The notes: a model not told the origin generated them from the sequence alone. 64,000 nt of DNA from Bacillota bacterium (GCA_963666425.2 OY762825.2:2016001-2080000), one strand, 5' to 3'. Counted from the first letter of the stretch, positions 1 through 9,483 are shown. Numbers and translations are program-made.

Positions 1-190
1 ATCAGATAAACTAAAAGACGTTCCCTATGAATTACTGGCTCAAGAACTTGAGAAGCGAATGATAAAGATTGAATTGCATGAAGTTAACCATCTGCGTGAC
101 GATTCGGAATATTCGGATAAATTGGACTACTTACAACGCGTGTATGATGAATTAAAGTTTGTACTTGATGAAGTGCATGGAGTGAATTAA
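1..190 (+). CDS. 3' end of an ORF truncated by the window edge (first visible gene of the operon)
   Basis: Open frame from base 2 (SDKLKDVPYELLAQELEKR...DEVHGVN) to TAA at 188-190, 2 bp before the next ATG. Confidence 0.7.
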   Translation, partial: SDKLKDVPYELLAQELEKRMIKIELHEVNHLRDDSEYSDKLDYLQRVYDELKFVLDEVHGVN

Positions 191-192
191 TA

Positions 193-600
193 ATGAGTGA
201 ATCTGCACAGCATCAACAACTTGTACAGCTTATCATTAGCGATGTAATATATACTGTCGGTCAAGATCACAATTGCTTTATATCTTCTGATGCTGTTGAC
301 GAATTTTCACTTTCTCCTTATACCGAAGAAGGATTTCGACCTGATTTGTTCTATTTATTCAAAGATCATCTCATCATCGGTGAAGCTAAAACAAGTGATG
401 ATATTGAAAGAATACATAGCAAGCAACAATATGAATCATTTATTCGTAAATGCTCACTTTTTGAAGGTAGTGCTATATTTATCGCTGCAGTACCTTGGAA
501 GGATCACGCAACAATTCACAATATTCTTCAGAAAATCCGCAAGAAATATCCCGGTAATTACTTAATTAAGATATTGGATGGCATCGGGGGAACGATATGA
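193..600 (+). CDS. Small PD-(D/E)xK nuclease-fold protein
   Basis: FRPDLF...IIGEAKT matches the PD...ExK catalytic motif; ATGA overlap with the helicase gene. Confidence 0.7.
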   Translation: MSESAQHQQLVQLIISDVIYTVGQDHNCFISSDAVDEFSLSPYTEEGFRPDLFYLFKDHLIIGEAKTSDDIERIHSKQQYESFIRKCSLFEGSAIFIAAVPWKDHATIHNILQKIRKKYPGNYLIKILDGIGGTI

Positions 601-2087
601 AAAAAGTTCATTTGATAAAAGAGCCGAGTCTACTGGCAAAATATGATGCCTTTCCATATCAACGAGAAGCGTTTGAGGCTGTTAAGGACTTAGATTATGC
701 GGCGATTTTTCATGAACAAGGTTTAGGAAAGACAAAAATCGCGATTGACCTATTGCTCTATTGGTTAGGTAAAACATCCATAGATACTGTACTGGTAGTA
801 ACAAAAAAGCAACTCGTCCAAAACTGGATCCGAGAGTTCAAGATGCATACATCAATCGTGCCAACAGTATTGAATACAGATAAACAAAGTAATTACTATG
901 TATTTTCTGGGCCGACAAGAGTTGTTGTTACTAATTTCGAACTGTTGATAGTAGAAAAAGAGCGTTTTAAACTATATTTAAACACGCGCAATGTAGCTAT
1001 CATAATTGATGAATCGGCCAAGTTGAAAAATCCTGATGCTAATTTAACAAAGGCCTATTTTGAATTAGCACCTCAATTTAAAAAAAAAGTAATTATGACC
1101 GGTACTCCCGTTGCTAATCGACCATATGACATTTGGTCGCAGATTTTCTTTCTAGATCAAGGCGCAAGCTTGGGAACGGATTTCAAGGCTTTTAAGCGGC
1201 AAACAGACTTAAATAATAAACTTTCGAATGACGAAGAATTGCAAAAGGGTTTTGAGAATATTGTCTCAAATATACATGATAAAATCAAGAATTTCTCTGT
1301 ACGCGAAATAAAAAGTAGCGGAATCATTGAATTGCCGGACAAAATCTATATTCGAGAAGAAACTGAATTTACTCCGGAGCAGGAAGAGCTATATGATAGA
1401 ATATGTGATGAGCTGAAAATTGAAGTTATAAAAGCAGGGCAGGTAATTGAAGATGACTCCACAGCATTAGTAAAACGGCTTTTGCGTTTAGTTCAAGTAA
1501 CTTCAAACCCATACCTTGTAGATGAGTCATATAAAGGGAAATCGGCAAAGGAAACTGTTTTAGATTCTTTATTACATCACATCGTTGATGCTGGTGAGAA
1601 ATGTATTGTATGGACTAATTTTATCGATAATGTTGAGCAGTTTACAAAGACTTACTCCAAATATGGGAGCGTCAAAATTCACGGCGGCATGAAAATTACT
1701 GATCGAAACCGCTCCGTTGAACGATTTCGGACAGAAGATTATAAGGTGATGTTTGCGACACCTGCATCAGCTAAAGAAGGCTTAACGTTGACAATGGCAA
1801 ATCATGTTATTTTCTATGATCGAGGTTTTAGTTTGGATGACTATCTACAAGCGCAAGATAGGATCCACCGAATATCCCAGAAAAAAACGTGTTATATCCA
1901 TAACATCATAATAAACAGAAGCATTGATGAATGGATTGATGTATTGTTAAAATCTAAGCAAAACGCTGCATCCTTAGCTCAGGGAGACATTTCGTTAAAG
2001 GAATATAGAAAAGTGGCAGATTACAGTTTTGGAGACTTAATCAAAACAATATTATCCACAAATCAGGAGGGCAAAGAATATGAGTAA
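597..2087 (+). CDS. SNF2-family SF2 helicase/translocase
   Basis: Motif I HEQGLGKT, II IIDES, III MTGTPVAN, V EGLTLT, VI QAQDRIHRISQ. Confidence 0.92.
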   Translation: MKKVHLIKEPSLLAKYDAFPYQREAFEAVKDLDYAAIFHEQGLGKTKIAIDLLLYWLGKTSIDTVLVVTKKQLVQNWIREFKMHTSIVPTVLNTDKQSNYYVFSGPTRVVVTNFELLIVEKERFKLYLNTRNVAIIIDESAKLKNPDANLTKAYFELAPQFKKKVIMTGTPVANRPYDIWSQIFFLDQGASLGTDFKAFKRQTDLNNKLSNDEELQKGFENIVSNIHDKIKNFSVREIKSSGIIELPDKIYIREETEFTPEQEELYDRICDELKIEVIKAGQVIEDDSTALVKRLLRLVQVTSNPYLVDESYKGKSAKETVLDSLLHHIVDAGEKCIVWTNFIDNVEQFTKTYSKYGSVKIHGGMKITDRNRSVERFRTEDYKVMFATPASAKEGLTLTMANHVIFYDRGFSLDDYLQAQDRIHRISQKKTCYIHNIIINRSIDEWIDVLLKSKQNAASLAQGDISLKEYRKVADYSFGDLIKTILSTNQEGKEYE

Positions 2088-3072
2088 GATTACAATTGGG
2101 AAAACTGAATATGAATTTAAAGAGGAGCTTCTTGATCAGTGTCAACTCCTCTTCTATGAAGAGAATCCCCGTGTCTACTCTATTCTTAGGGCGAATGGTT
2201 CTATTCCAACGCAAAATGGAATAGAAGAACAGTTGACTTCTATGGATCATGTTAAGCAATTGCGTCTATCAATTGAGCAAAACGGAGGTTTGATAGATCC
2301 CTTAATGGTTGTGAAACGTAAAGGGGACTATGTTGTATTGGAAGGTAATAGCCGGCTTGCAGCTTATCGACTACTTGCGGTAAAAGATCCAATCAAATGG
2401 CAAAAAGTGAGAACACATTTACTTCCTGAAGAAATATCTGACAATGATATTTTTACGCTCTTAGGGCAATATCATCTTATCGGACGCAAAGATTGGAGTG
2501 TGTTTGAGCAAGCTGCATACCTATATCGGCAAAAAAAAACCTCACAATTAGAAAATGACATACTCGCGAAAAATGTAGGTTTGACTGAAAGCAAGGTATA
2601 TACATATATCAGCGTGTATACTTTTATGCTTGAGCATGATGATTTGCGACCGGATAGATGGAGCTATTATGAGGAATATTTAAAAAGCAGAGGAATTAGA
2701 AAATATCGTGATACCAATCCTGAAATAGATGAAGTGTTCGTAAAACAAGTAAAAAACAGAAAAATTAAACAAGCCATGGACGTACGTACTGTCCTTGGAG
2801 AAATTGCAAAATCTGGAGATAAAATTGCGAAGAAGATTATGCAGGGCATAATTAATGATGGAACGGACATTTACGATGGTCATGAAAAACTTAAAGTAAC
2901 TGGCAAAACAAGCAATGGTTATCAAAGAATCAAGAGATTCCATGAATTAGTAGCTGATGATGACTTTCAAAAAGTGTTAAAACTTGAGGCTACATCAAAT
3001 GCATCCATTGCTTTTGAACTCAAAAAGATACAAAAAGCTGTTGATAAATTACTAAGGGATATCTCCAAGTAA
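2080..3072 (+). CDS. ParB/Srx N-terminal domain protein
   Basis: ENPR motif, SIEQNGGLIDPLMV and VLEGNSRLAAY (ParB GxxR motif), followed by an HTH-like segment; overlaps the helicase stop. Confidence 0.85.
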   Translation: MSKITIGKTEYEFKEELLDQCQLLFYEENPRVYSILRANGSIPTQNGIEEQLTSMDHVKQLRLSIEQNGGLIDPLMVVKRKGDYVVLEGNSRLAAYRLLAVKDPIKWQKVRTHLLPEEISDNDIFTLLGQYHLIGRKDWSVFEQAAYLYRQKKTSQLENDILAKNVGLTESKVYTYISVYTFMLEHDDLRPDRWSYYEEYLKSRGIRKYRDTNPEIDEVFVKQVKNRKIKQAMDVRTVLGEIAKSGDKIAKKIMQGIINDGTDIYDGHEKLKVTGKTSNGYQRIKRFHELVADDDFQKVLKLEATSNASIAFELKKIQKAVDKLLRDISK

Positions 3073-3099
3073 TATTCTTTCGAAAGGGTCTACGACTAT

Positions 3100-5145
3100 A
3101 TGAGTAATATTTTGCTAATTGAACCGAATTATAAGAATAAGTATCCACCACTTGGACTTATGAAGATTTCGTATTTCCATAAACATTTTCTTCATGATTA
3201 TGTTCGCTTTACCAAAGGCGAGCTACCTCCAGCATTAGCAAATACAAAATGGGACCGTGTCTATGTGACTACACTCTTCACATTTGAATGGGCGAATACA
3301 ATTGCGTCAATCGAATACGCAAAGACATTGGTTGATTCTTTAGAGAAAATTACAATAGGTGGTATTGCTGCGACTATGCTACCCGATCAGATATACAAAG
3401 AAACTGGTATTCATCCAGTTTGTGGTTTATTAAATCATCCTGGTAAGTTAGGAATATTAGGCGATGAGTGCATAGACCAAATTGTTCCAGATTATTCAAT
3501 CCTCGATGATGTCGATTATGTATATCCATTTAGTGATGCCTACTTTCTCAGTGCAACCAAAGGGTGCGGTAACAAATGCGGCTTCTGCGCTGTCCAAACT
3601 CTTGAACCCACTTATGTTCCATACATAGATATCAAGGAAAAAATTACAGCTATTGACTGTGAGTTCGGGTCAAAAAGAGATCTCTTATTAATGGACAATA
3701 ATGTGTTACGTTCACCAGACTATGATCAGATCATTGATGATATTATTGTTGCTGGCTTTGGTAAAGGTGCGACTTATGTTAATCCAAGAACAAATAAAAC
3801 CGTTCGCAGATATGTTGATTTTAATCAGGGTTTAGATGCTATGTTCCTTAATGAAACAAAAGCAATGCGTCTTGGAGAAATAGCGCTAAAAACTGCCAGA
3901 GTAGCTTTTGATCATATTGAAGACCAGCAAACATATGAGAACGCACTGTGTTTGTGTGCGAAGTATGGTATTACAGAGTTATCAAATTATGTTTTGTACA
4001 ACAGCGAGAATTTTGGTGGAAAAGGTCACCAATATGCCGCAGATACTCCAGCTAATCTATATGATAGAATGCGTATTACCTTAGATATTAAAGAAGAAAT
4101 TAATAAAAAGCTTCTCGTAAGTGAACGCGTCAGCGCATTTTCTTTCCCGATGAGATACATACCTCTTTCTGCTCATGAACGAGGCTATATTGGCTCTCAA
4201 TGGAACGCCAAATTTTTGCGCGCAGTTCAATGTATGCTTATACCAACTCAGGGTAAGGGAGTCGGTAGTCGGTCTTTCTTCGAAGCGGATTTTGGCAAAG
4301 ACTCTGATGAATTCGTGCGCTTTTTATGTATGCCCGATAAGCTGATTGCTGCACGTGGTAATCTTAGCTCTGGAGGTCGTGGTAGAACAAGTGAAACAGA
4401 AGAAGAATTTAATACTCGTAAAAATGCTTGGGAAAAAAACCAACGGAAAATTGCTGAGTGGAATCGTCTATATGATCAACTCGGGGAAGAGAAAGAAAGC
4501 TTCATCACGTTTATAAGCGATAATGAATTTTTGCCTGAGAAATTTCTTGGCATTTCGTCGATAGCTCAAAAGAAACTATATTTATTCTACTTGACTACCC
4601 CACGTATTTTGTCTTTGTTTGGATTTCTAAGCCCAAACTCACCAACCTCTAGCATCGTTTATGACTATATAACCAATGAATTTCCAGCTATGTATCAAGA
4701 TGTGCTGATATTTGTTTGTGAAAGTGAAACGCAACAACAGTATATTTTTAGAAACTTTCTTTCTTTCTTTGGGAAGGAGGGTGTGTCCAATATCTTGCAT
4801 GTTCTCGCAGAAATCGATTTTTCTGCCGACAAACAATTACGGAAGTGGAATATCTTTTGCAAAAAAAAGGGTATATGGTTTATTGATTTTGAGCTTATCA
4901 GAGTATATAGAAGATACATCGATGTACATGTCTTCAATAAATCAGATCATCAAAGTGCAAAAAATGCGATATTAAGAATGGATATGCCCGAATTAGCTTC
5001 AATACTTGAGAGGAATTTTTTGAGCTTTAAAAATAACATTGCCTCAACTCTCAGCAATGAAAAAGGGCAGAAGATTTTAACAAATGCGACGAAATCGATA
5101 TTTAGTAATATCCAAATAAAGTTGTCGCGTGTTATGGAGGAATAA
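3100..5145 (+). CDS. Radical SAM protein with putative cobalamin-binding N-terminal domain and long C-terminal extension
   Basis: CGNKCGFC (CxxxCxxC); N-terminal LIEP..YPPLGLMKIS and IGGIAAT resemble B12-binding radical SAM proteins; MDNN and DFNQGLD core motifs. Confidence 0.88.
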   Translation: MSNILLIEPNYKNKYPPLGLMKISYFHKHFLHDYVRFTKGELPPALANTKWDRVYVTTLFTFEWANTIASIEYAKTLVDSLEKITIGGIAATMLPDQIYKETGIHPVCGLLNHPGKLGILGDECIDQIVPDYSILDDVDYVYPFSDAYFLSATKGCGNKCGFCAVQTLEPTYVPYIDIKEKITAIDCEFGSKRDLLLMDNNVLRSPDYDQIIDDIIVAGFGKGATYVNPRTNKTVRRYVDFNQGLDAMFLNETKAMRLGEIALKTARVAFDHIEDQQTYENALCLCAKYGITELSNYVLYNSENFGGKGHQYAADTPANLYDRMRITLDIKEEINKKLLVSERVSAFSFPMRYIPLSAHERGYIGSQWNAKFLRAVQCMLIPTQGKGVGSRSFFEADFGKDSDEFVRFLCMPDKLIAARGNLSSGGRGRTSETEEEFNTRKNAWEKNQRKIAEWNRLYDQLGEEKESFITFISDNEFLPEKFLGISSIAQKKLYLFYLTTPRILSLFGFLSPNSPTSSIVYDYITNEFPAMYQDVLIFVCESETQQQYIFRNFLSFFGKEGVSNILHVLAEIDFSADKQLRKWNIFCKKKGIWFIDFELIRVYRRYIDVHVFNKSDHQSAKNAILRMDMPELASILERNFLSFKNNIASTLSNEKGQKILTNATKSIFSNIQIKLSRVMEE

Positions 5146-5146
5146 C

Positions 5147-6673
5147 ATGAGCAACATTGTAATCGGGAAACACACGCTAGAATCGCTTACTTCGGGAATG
5201 TATTTAGATCCATATGTTATTTTTCGTGAGTATATTCAAAATGCTGCAGATTCTATTGATGAAGCCATTAAATCTGGTATCCTGAAAAGCGGTGAAGATA
5301 AGGTAGAGATAAACCTTTCTCCTTCTGAGTGTAAGATAGCTATTCGTGATAATGGTGCTGGTATTTCATCACTTATTGCCGAGAAATCATTAATCAGTAT
5401 AGGCAACTCTAAAAAAGTTTCTGGCAGTTCACGAGGGTTTAGGGGGATAGGTAGATTGTCAGCCCTAAGTTATTGCACTAAGCTAACATTCGAAACAAGT
5501 GCTTATGGTGAAAAGAGTGGAACAAGAGTTATTTTCAATGCAAAAAAGCTATCTGAATTGCTTGCTTCAAATGAAAGAGATGATCTTTCGGCGATAGATG
5601 TATTACTCAATATATACAAGATGGAAACATTTGTTGAAAAGGAAAACTCACACTATTTCTGCGTTTGTTTAGAAGGTGTAGACGAGAAATCCAAATTAAA
5701 TGAATATGACGAAGTTATGTCTTATATTTCTCAAAATGTCCCAGTGCCATATGATCCAGATGGTTTCATTTTGGGGAAGGAAATTTACCGCCGACTAAAT
5801 CAGGAAAAACTCGCTATACACCAATATAATGTTTTTGTTACATATGGAAATAAAACAATATCAATATTTAAGCCTTATAAAGATGAATTTCTAGTTGATA
5901 AAGGCAAAAACTTAATTGATAAAATAACCGACATTAACATTATAAAAATCAAACAAGCTGATGGGTCCATTTTTGCCATTGGATGGATTGCGAAAACAAA
6001 CTACCTAGGTAGTATTTATGATAAAACAATCAAGGGAATACGGCTACGCAAGGGGAATATTCTTATCGGAGATAGTCAAACACTCAATGTTATTTTTAAA
6101 GAAGGTCGGTTTAATGGTTGGGCAATTGGCGAAATATTCGCGATTGATTCAAAGTTAATTCCAAATGCGCGGAGAGACAACCTGGAAAAAAATACTGCAT
6201 ATTTCAAGCTATTTGAGCAATTGACGCCGATAGCAAGTAGTATTACAAAGGAAATTAGATATGCATCGTTAAACAGAAGCATAGAATTATCAAATATATT
6301 AAACCAGTCTGAGCAAGTGGCAATGTTGGCAAATGATGCAATTCAGGAAGGTTTTAGCAGTTCTAAAAAAAGTGTGATTAAGCAAAGCATTACTAATATG
6401 CAATCGGTCATAGCCAATTCCAACCTGAATAGTGATACTGATGTTTATTATCAGGAAATTGCTTTTGAAGAACTTGATATGCTTATCGGAAAACTACAGG
6501 GGTTAACATCCTTTAAAGCAATTAATGCTATTAAGGGCTTGACAAAAACAGAAAAGAAAATTCTCGAAAGAGTATTCAATGTTATTCTTTTTATTGATAA
6601 AGATCATTCCGATGTAACAATTGATGCTATACTTGAAAGTTTCTCTACGCGTGATGATTCGTCTTTGGAATAA
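5147..6673 (+). CDS. GHKL (HSP90/MutL/MORC-like) ATPase
   Basis: N-box REYIQNAADS, G1 DNGAGI, G2 GFRGIGRLS; PNARRD motif; GGAGG RBS before ATG 5147. Confidence 0.88.
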   Translation: MSNIVIGKHTLESLTSGMYLDPYVIFREYIQNAADSIDEAIKSGILKSGEDKVEINLSPSECKIAIRDNGAGISSLIAEKSLISIGNSKKVSGSSRGFRGIGRLSALSYCTKLTFETSAYGEKSGTRVIFNAKKLSELLASNERDDLSAIDVLLNIYKMETFVEKENSHYFCVCLEGVDEKSKLNEYDEVMSYISQNVPVPYDPDGFILGKEIYRRLNQEKLAIHQYNVFVTYGNKTISIFKPYKDEFLVDKGKNLIDKITDINIIKIKQADGSIFAIGWIAKTNYLGSIYDKTIKGIRLRKGNILIGDSQTLNVIFKEGRFNGWAIGEIFAIDSKLIPNARRDNLEKNTAYFKLFEQLTPIASSITKEIRYASLNRSIELSNILNQSEQVAMLANDAIQEGFSSSKKSVIKQSITNMQSVIANSNLNSDTDVYYQEIAFEELDMLIGKLQGLTSFKAINAIKGLTKTEKKILERVFNVILFIDKDHSDVTIDAILESFSTRDDSSLE

Positions 6674-6766
6674 GAAGCAGTAATTCTTTGCTCAACGAAT
6701 AAGTTGTCAGAAATAGTATATTTTCGATTGCTTGCCAACTAGAACATCCATTAAGGAGATATTTCA

Positions 6767-8008
6767 GTGGACGACGATAAAAAGAAATATTATGAAAATG
6801 AATATTTCATGCTCAAAGATGCTCATTTTCAAACTTCTCAAAGGATTACCACTTTTTTTCAATATGCATTATTAATATTTTCAGCGCCAATCGCGTTACT
6901 GACGTCGGTTGAAATTGACCAATTGCTTCTTGGAATAGTGTTTGCATTCATAGGAGTTGTAGGTCTATTTGTCATGCTTTATCTTTCTCGACTCAGAGTC
7001 GAATCTTTATTGTACGCAAGAGGCATTAATAGAATTCGTAGTATACTCTACACTTCCGGTCTTCTTGGAAGGGGAATTTATGAGATACATAAAGGTAAAG
7101 TGTTGCTCGCTCAAGATAAAAAGCCAGAATACTCTGATTGGCAACAATTTGGATTTATAGTTACTGTATTAGGTCTCTTTGATTCATTTTATTTCGCATT
7201 TGGCATAAATAAAATCATCTCGTCTCCAGGCATTTATTGTGAATGGATTATAAGGCACTTATTACTTATAACAGTAGTTATTGGTTTTTTTTGGTTATTG
7301 GTACATTTTTTCTTGCATAACTGGTGTAGTGAAGTCAGTGAGTATGGTAGTGATTATTATAAGAGGATAATTGGCGTAGACATTGATGGAGTACTAAACA
7401 AGCACGAAAAACAATTCGTTAAAATATTCAATCAGATTTATAGAAAAAGAAAATCAATTACTGTATCAGATATTACCACTTTGCCTGTTTCAGAATCGGG
7501 TATTGTTAATCGAACGGAAGAACACATGATATTCAACACCCTTGAATATTGGAGCGATATGCCAGTAAATGATCATGTTTTCGAAAATTTAATAGAAGAA
7601 ATTCGAAATAAACGTGGTTATAAGATATATATTTTTACTTGGAGAGATTGGGAGATATGCCGGAATATAAAGGGTGAATCAGTTACTAGTTCCATTAACA
7701 AGCAGACAAGAAAATGGCTTAAAGACAATGAAATATTGTACAATAAGTTACTTTTTGAAAAAGGGAATGTTGATCGTCCAGTTTCGTTATTCAATGTGAA
7801 ATATAAAACGAGATATTACTATTCAAAAAAATATAAAATTAGATATTTTGTTGAAGACACAGCAGAAAATGCGATTAAATTGTCTCATATTTGTGAATAT
7901 GTATTTCTGATTAACCATCAGTATAACGGAAATATTGAATTACCGTACAATGTTGTTCGAGTCGATGGTTGGGATGATATTCTCTACTGGATTAAGAAAT
8001 TTGAGTAA
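6767..8008 (+). CDS. Multi-TM N-terminal domain fused to HAD-family 5'(3')-nucleotidase-like domain
   Basis: About four hydrophobic helices in residues ~30-185; HAD motif I IGVDIDGV, motif II IFTWR, motif IV FVED; AAGGAG RBS. Confidence 0.8.
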   Translation: MDDDKKKYYENEYFMLKDAHFQTSQRITTFFQYALLIFSAPIALLTSVEIDQLLLGIVFAFIGVVGLFVMLYLSRLRVESLLYARGINRIRSILYTSGLLGRGIYEIHKGKVLLAQDKKPEYSDWQQFGFIVTVLGLFDSFYFAFGINKIISSPGIYCEWIIRHLLLITVVIGFFWLLVHFFLHNWCSEVSEYGSDYYKRIIGVDIDGVLNKHEKQFVKIFNQIYRKRKSITVSDITTLPVSESGIVNRTEEHMIFNTLEYWSDMPVNDHVFENLIEEIRNKRGYKIYIFTWRDWEICRNIKGESVTSSINKQTRKWLKDNEILYNKLLFEKGNVDRPVSLFNVKYKTRYYYSKKYKIRYFVEDTAENAIKLSHICEYVFLINHQYNGNIELPYNVVRVDGWDDILYWIKKFE

Positions 8009-8120
8009 ATACAATTTGAAACTTAGGTACTCTATTATGTACACCCCGGATAGAGCAAAATAATTGCGTTTTTACCTTTCCGAAATCTTCCGATGATTAC
8101 CGGAGCAGTTTGAGTCCCTT

Positions 8121-8172
8121 TTTGTCAATCGAAAAGTTGACAACTATGTTATTTGAAAAGTAGACCACCTGG
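8121..8172 (-). mobile_element. Degenerate orphan IS21 terminal repeat
   Basis: tttgtcaatcgaaaagttgacaac...gaaaagtagaccacctgg matches the reverse complement of the IS21 right end at 14541-14597. Confidence 0.65.
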
Positions 8173-8628
8173 AGGTGTGGATAAAATCCTGGGTCAGATT
8201 TATTTAGGCGGTATCGCATGTTCTCGTATTAAGATCGAGTCAAAGCCGTCAAGTAATAATTCAATATGATATGAGTTACCCAACCATAATTCGTGAGTTG
8301 GAATATCCTTCAAAACAATCCCTATGCAAGTGGGATGAAACCTTATCCGGGAAATCAATCGATAATTATAAGAGAATATGGCCTCAGTTTTGAATGCGTC
8401 TAGTGTAAATTACGAACCCTAAACATCACGCGCACGGACTAAAAACTCCAGTGAAACAGCATATTAATACCGGGCTCTCGGCGAAGTAATACCAGCCTAA
8501 CGGAAGAGAACTCAATTCTAGATACTTGATAAAAAATAAATCGAGTGGCATCATAATAATGCGTTAACTCATATACAGGATAGGGCAACGCTGAGGTGCG
8601 ACCTGAGTGGTATATGAGGTTTTGCGAG

Positions 8629-8662
8629 AGAGTGATGCCATGACGGTGTCACTCTTTTCTTT
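8629..8662 (+). terminator. Intrinsic terminator
   Basis: Stem agagtgatgcc / ggtgtcactct followed by a T-rich tract. Confidence 0.6.
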
Positions 8663-8955
8663 GCGTTTAAACGAGAAAACATCAGTATCACTCTCCTGGT
8701 AAAACCTAAGCGTTAAACCTTAGGGGTTCGGGGGCAACGCCCCCGGTAGTCAACTTTTACGAATCTATATCATCGAAACTTTTTAAGCCATGGCGTTCAT
8801 GCATAGATTTTATCCTGTTAATAATAAGACCAATAGAATGATACTTAAATAAAATGGTGCTCAGGTCCGTGATGGTGGAGCTATTTGACCGTGCACGTGG
8901 AATTCTTAAGGCGTAATCTACAGTAAACAACGGAAATTTGGAAAGGATGAAAACA

Positions 8956-9483
8956 ATGAGCTTTGAAGAGCAGGTTATGAGTGAGTATTTAAGTTTTGAT
9001 GCAATGAAGAATAATATTGAAACATTGCCTGATTGCCCGGGGAGTCTCATCATATTATTAAAAAATAAAAAAGTCTGTGATGCACTTTTCCCTAACGTTC
9101 AATTTCATTACTTACAAGGTTTGCCTATCATCTACGTCAGTATCACTAATCATGGGATATACGGTCGGTATAGGAATCATTTCCTTGGGACAGCCATATT
9201 CTCAACTTTAAGAAAAAGCATAGGAGCCTTGTTTCATTGGCACGATTACCGGGTGATTATGGCTGGCAATAGATACCATTTCGATGATTTACACGAAAGT
9301 GAATTAACCGAGTGGATGAAGAAGAATTTACTTTTCTTGTATAAGTGTGTTTTACCAGATGCCGATTTGGACATATGTAAACAATACCTTACCCAGGAGT
9401 TGAATCCACCGTTAAATATTAGCATGAATCATAATCCAGTAAATTCTCAATTTAGAGAAGAGCTAACAATGTTGAGAAGGTAA
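8956..9483 (+). CDS. GIY-YIG-fold nuclease-like protein
   Basis: PG..I / IIYVSIT..GRY..HF, STLRKSIG, C-terminal NPPLN; GIY and YIG motifs are degenerate. Confidence 0.65.
   Translation: MSFEEQVMSEYLSFDAMKNNIETLPDCPGSLIILLKNKKVCDALFPNVQFHYLQGLPIIYVSITNHGIYGRYRNHFLGTAIFSTLRKSIGALFHWHDYRVIMAGNRYHFDDLHESELTEWMKKNLLFLYKCVLPDADLDICKQYLTQELNPPLNISMNHNPVNSQFREELTMLRR

Noticed and set aside
2080-3072. Chromosome/plasmid partitioning ParB
   Set aside because: No parA adjacent in the window; embedded among helicase, radical SAM and GHKL genes
3100-5145. Viperin or QueE/Dpd-type radical SAM
   Set aside because: Has an N-terminal B12-like domain and is much longer; no que/dpd genes in the window
5147-6673. 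HtpG chaperone or sensor histidine kinase
   Set aside because: ATPase is N-terminal, with no HisKA or receiver partner and no recognisable HtpG middle/C domains
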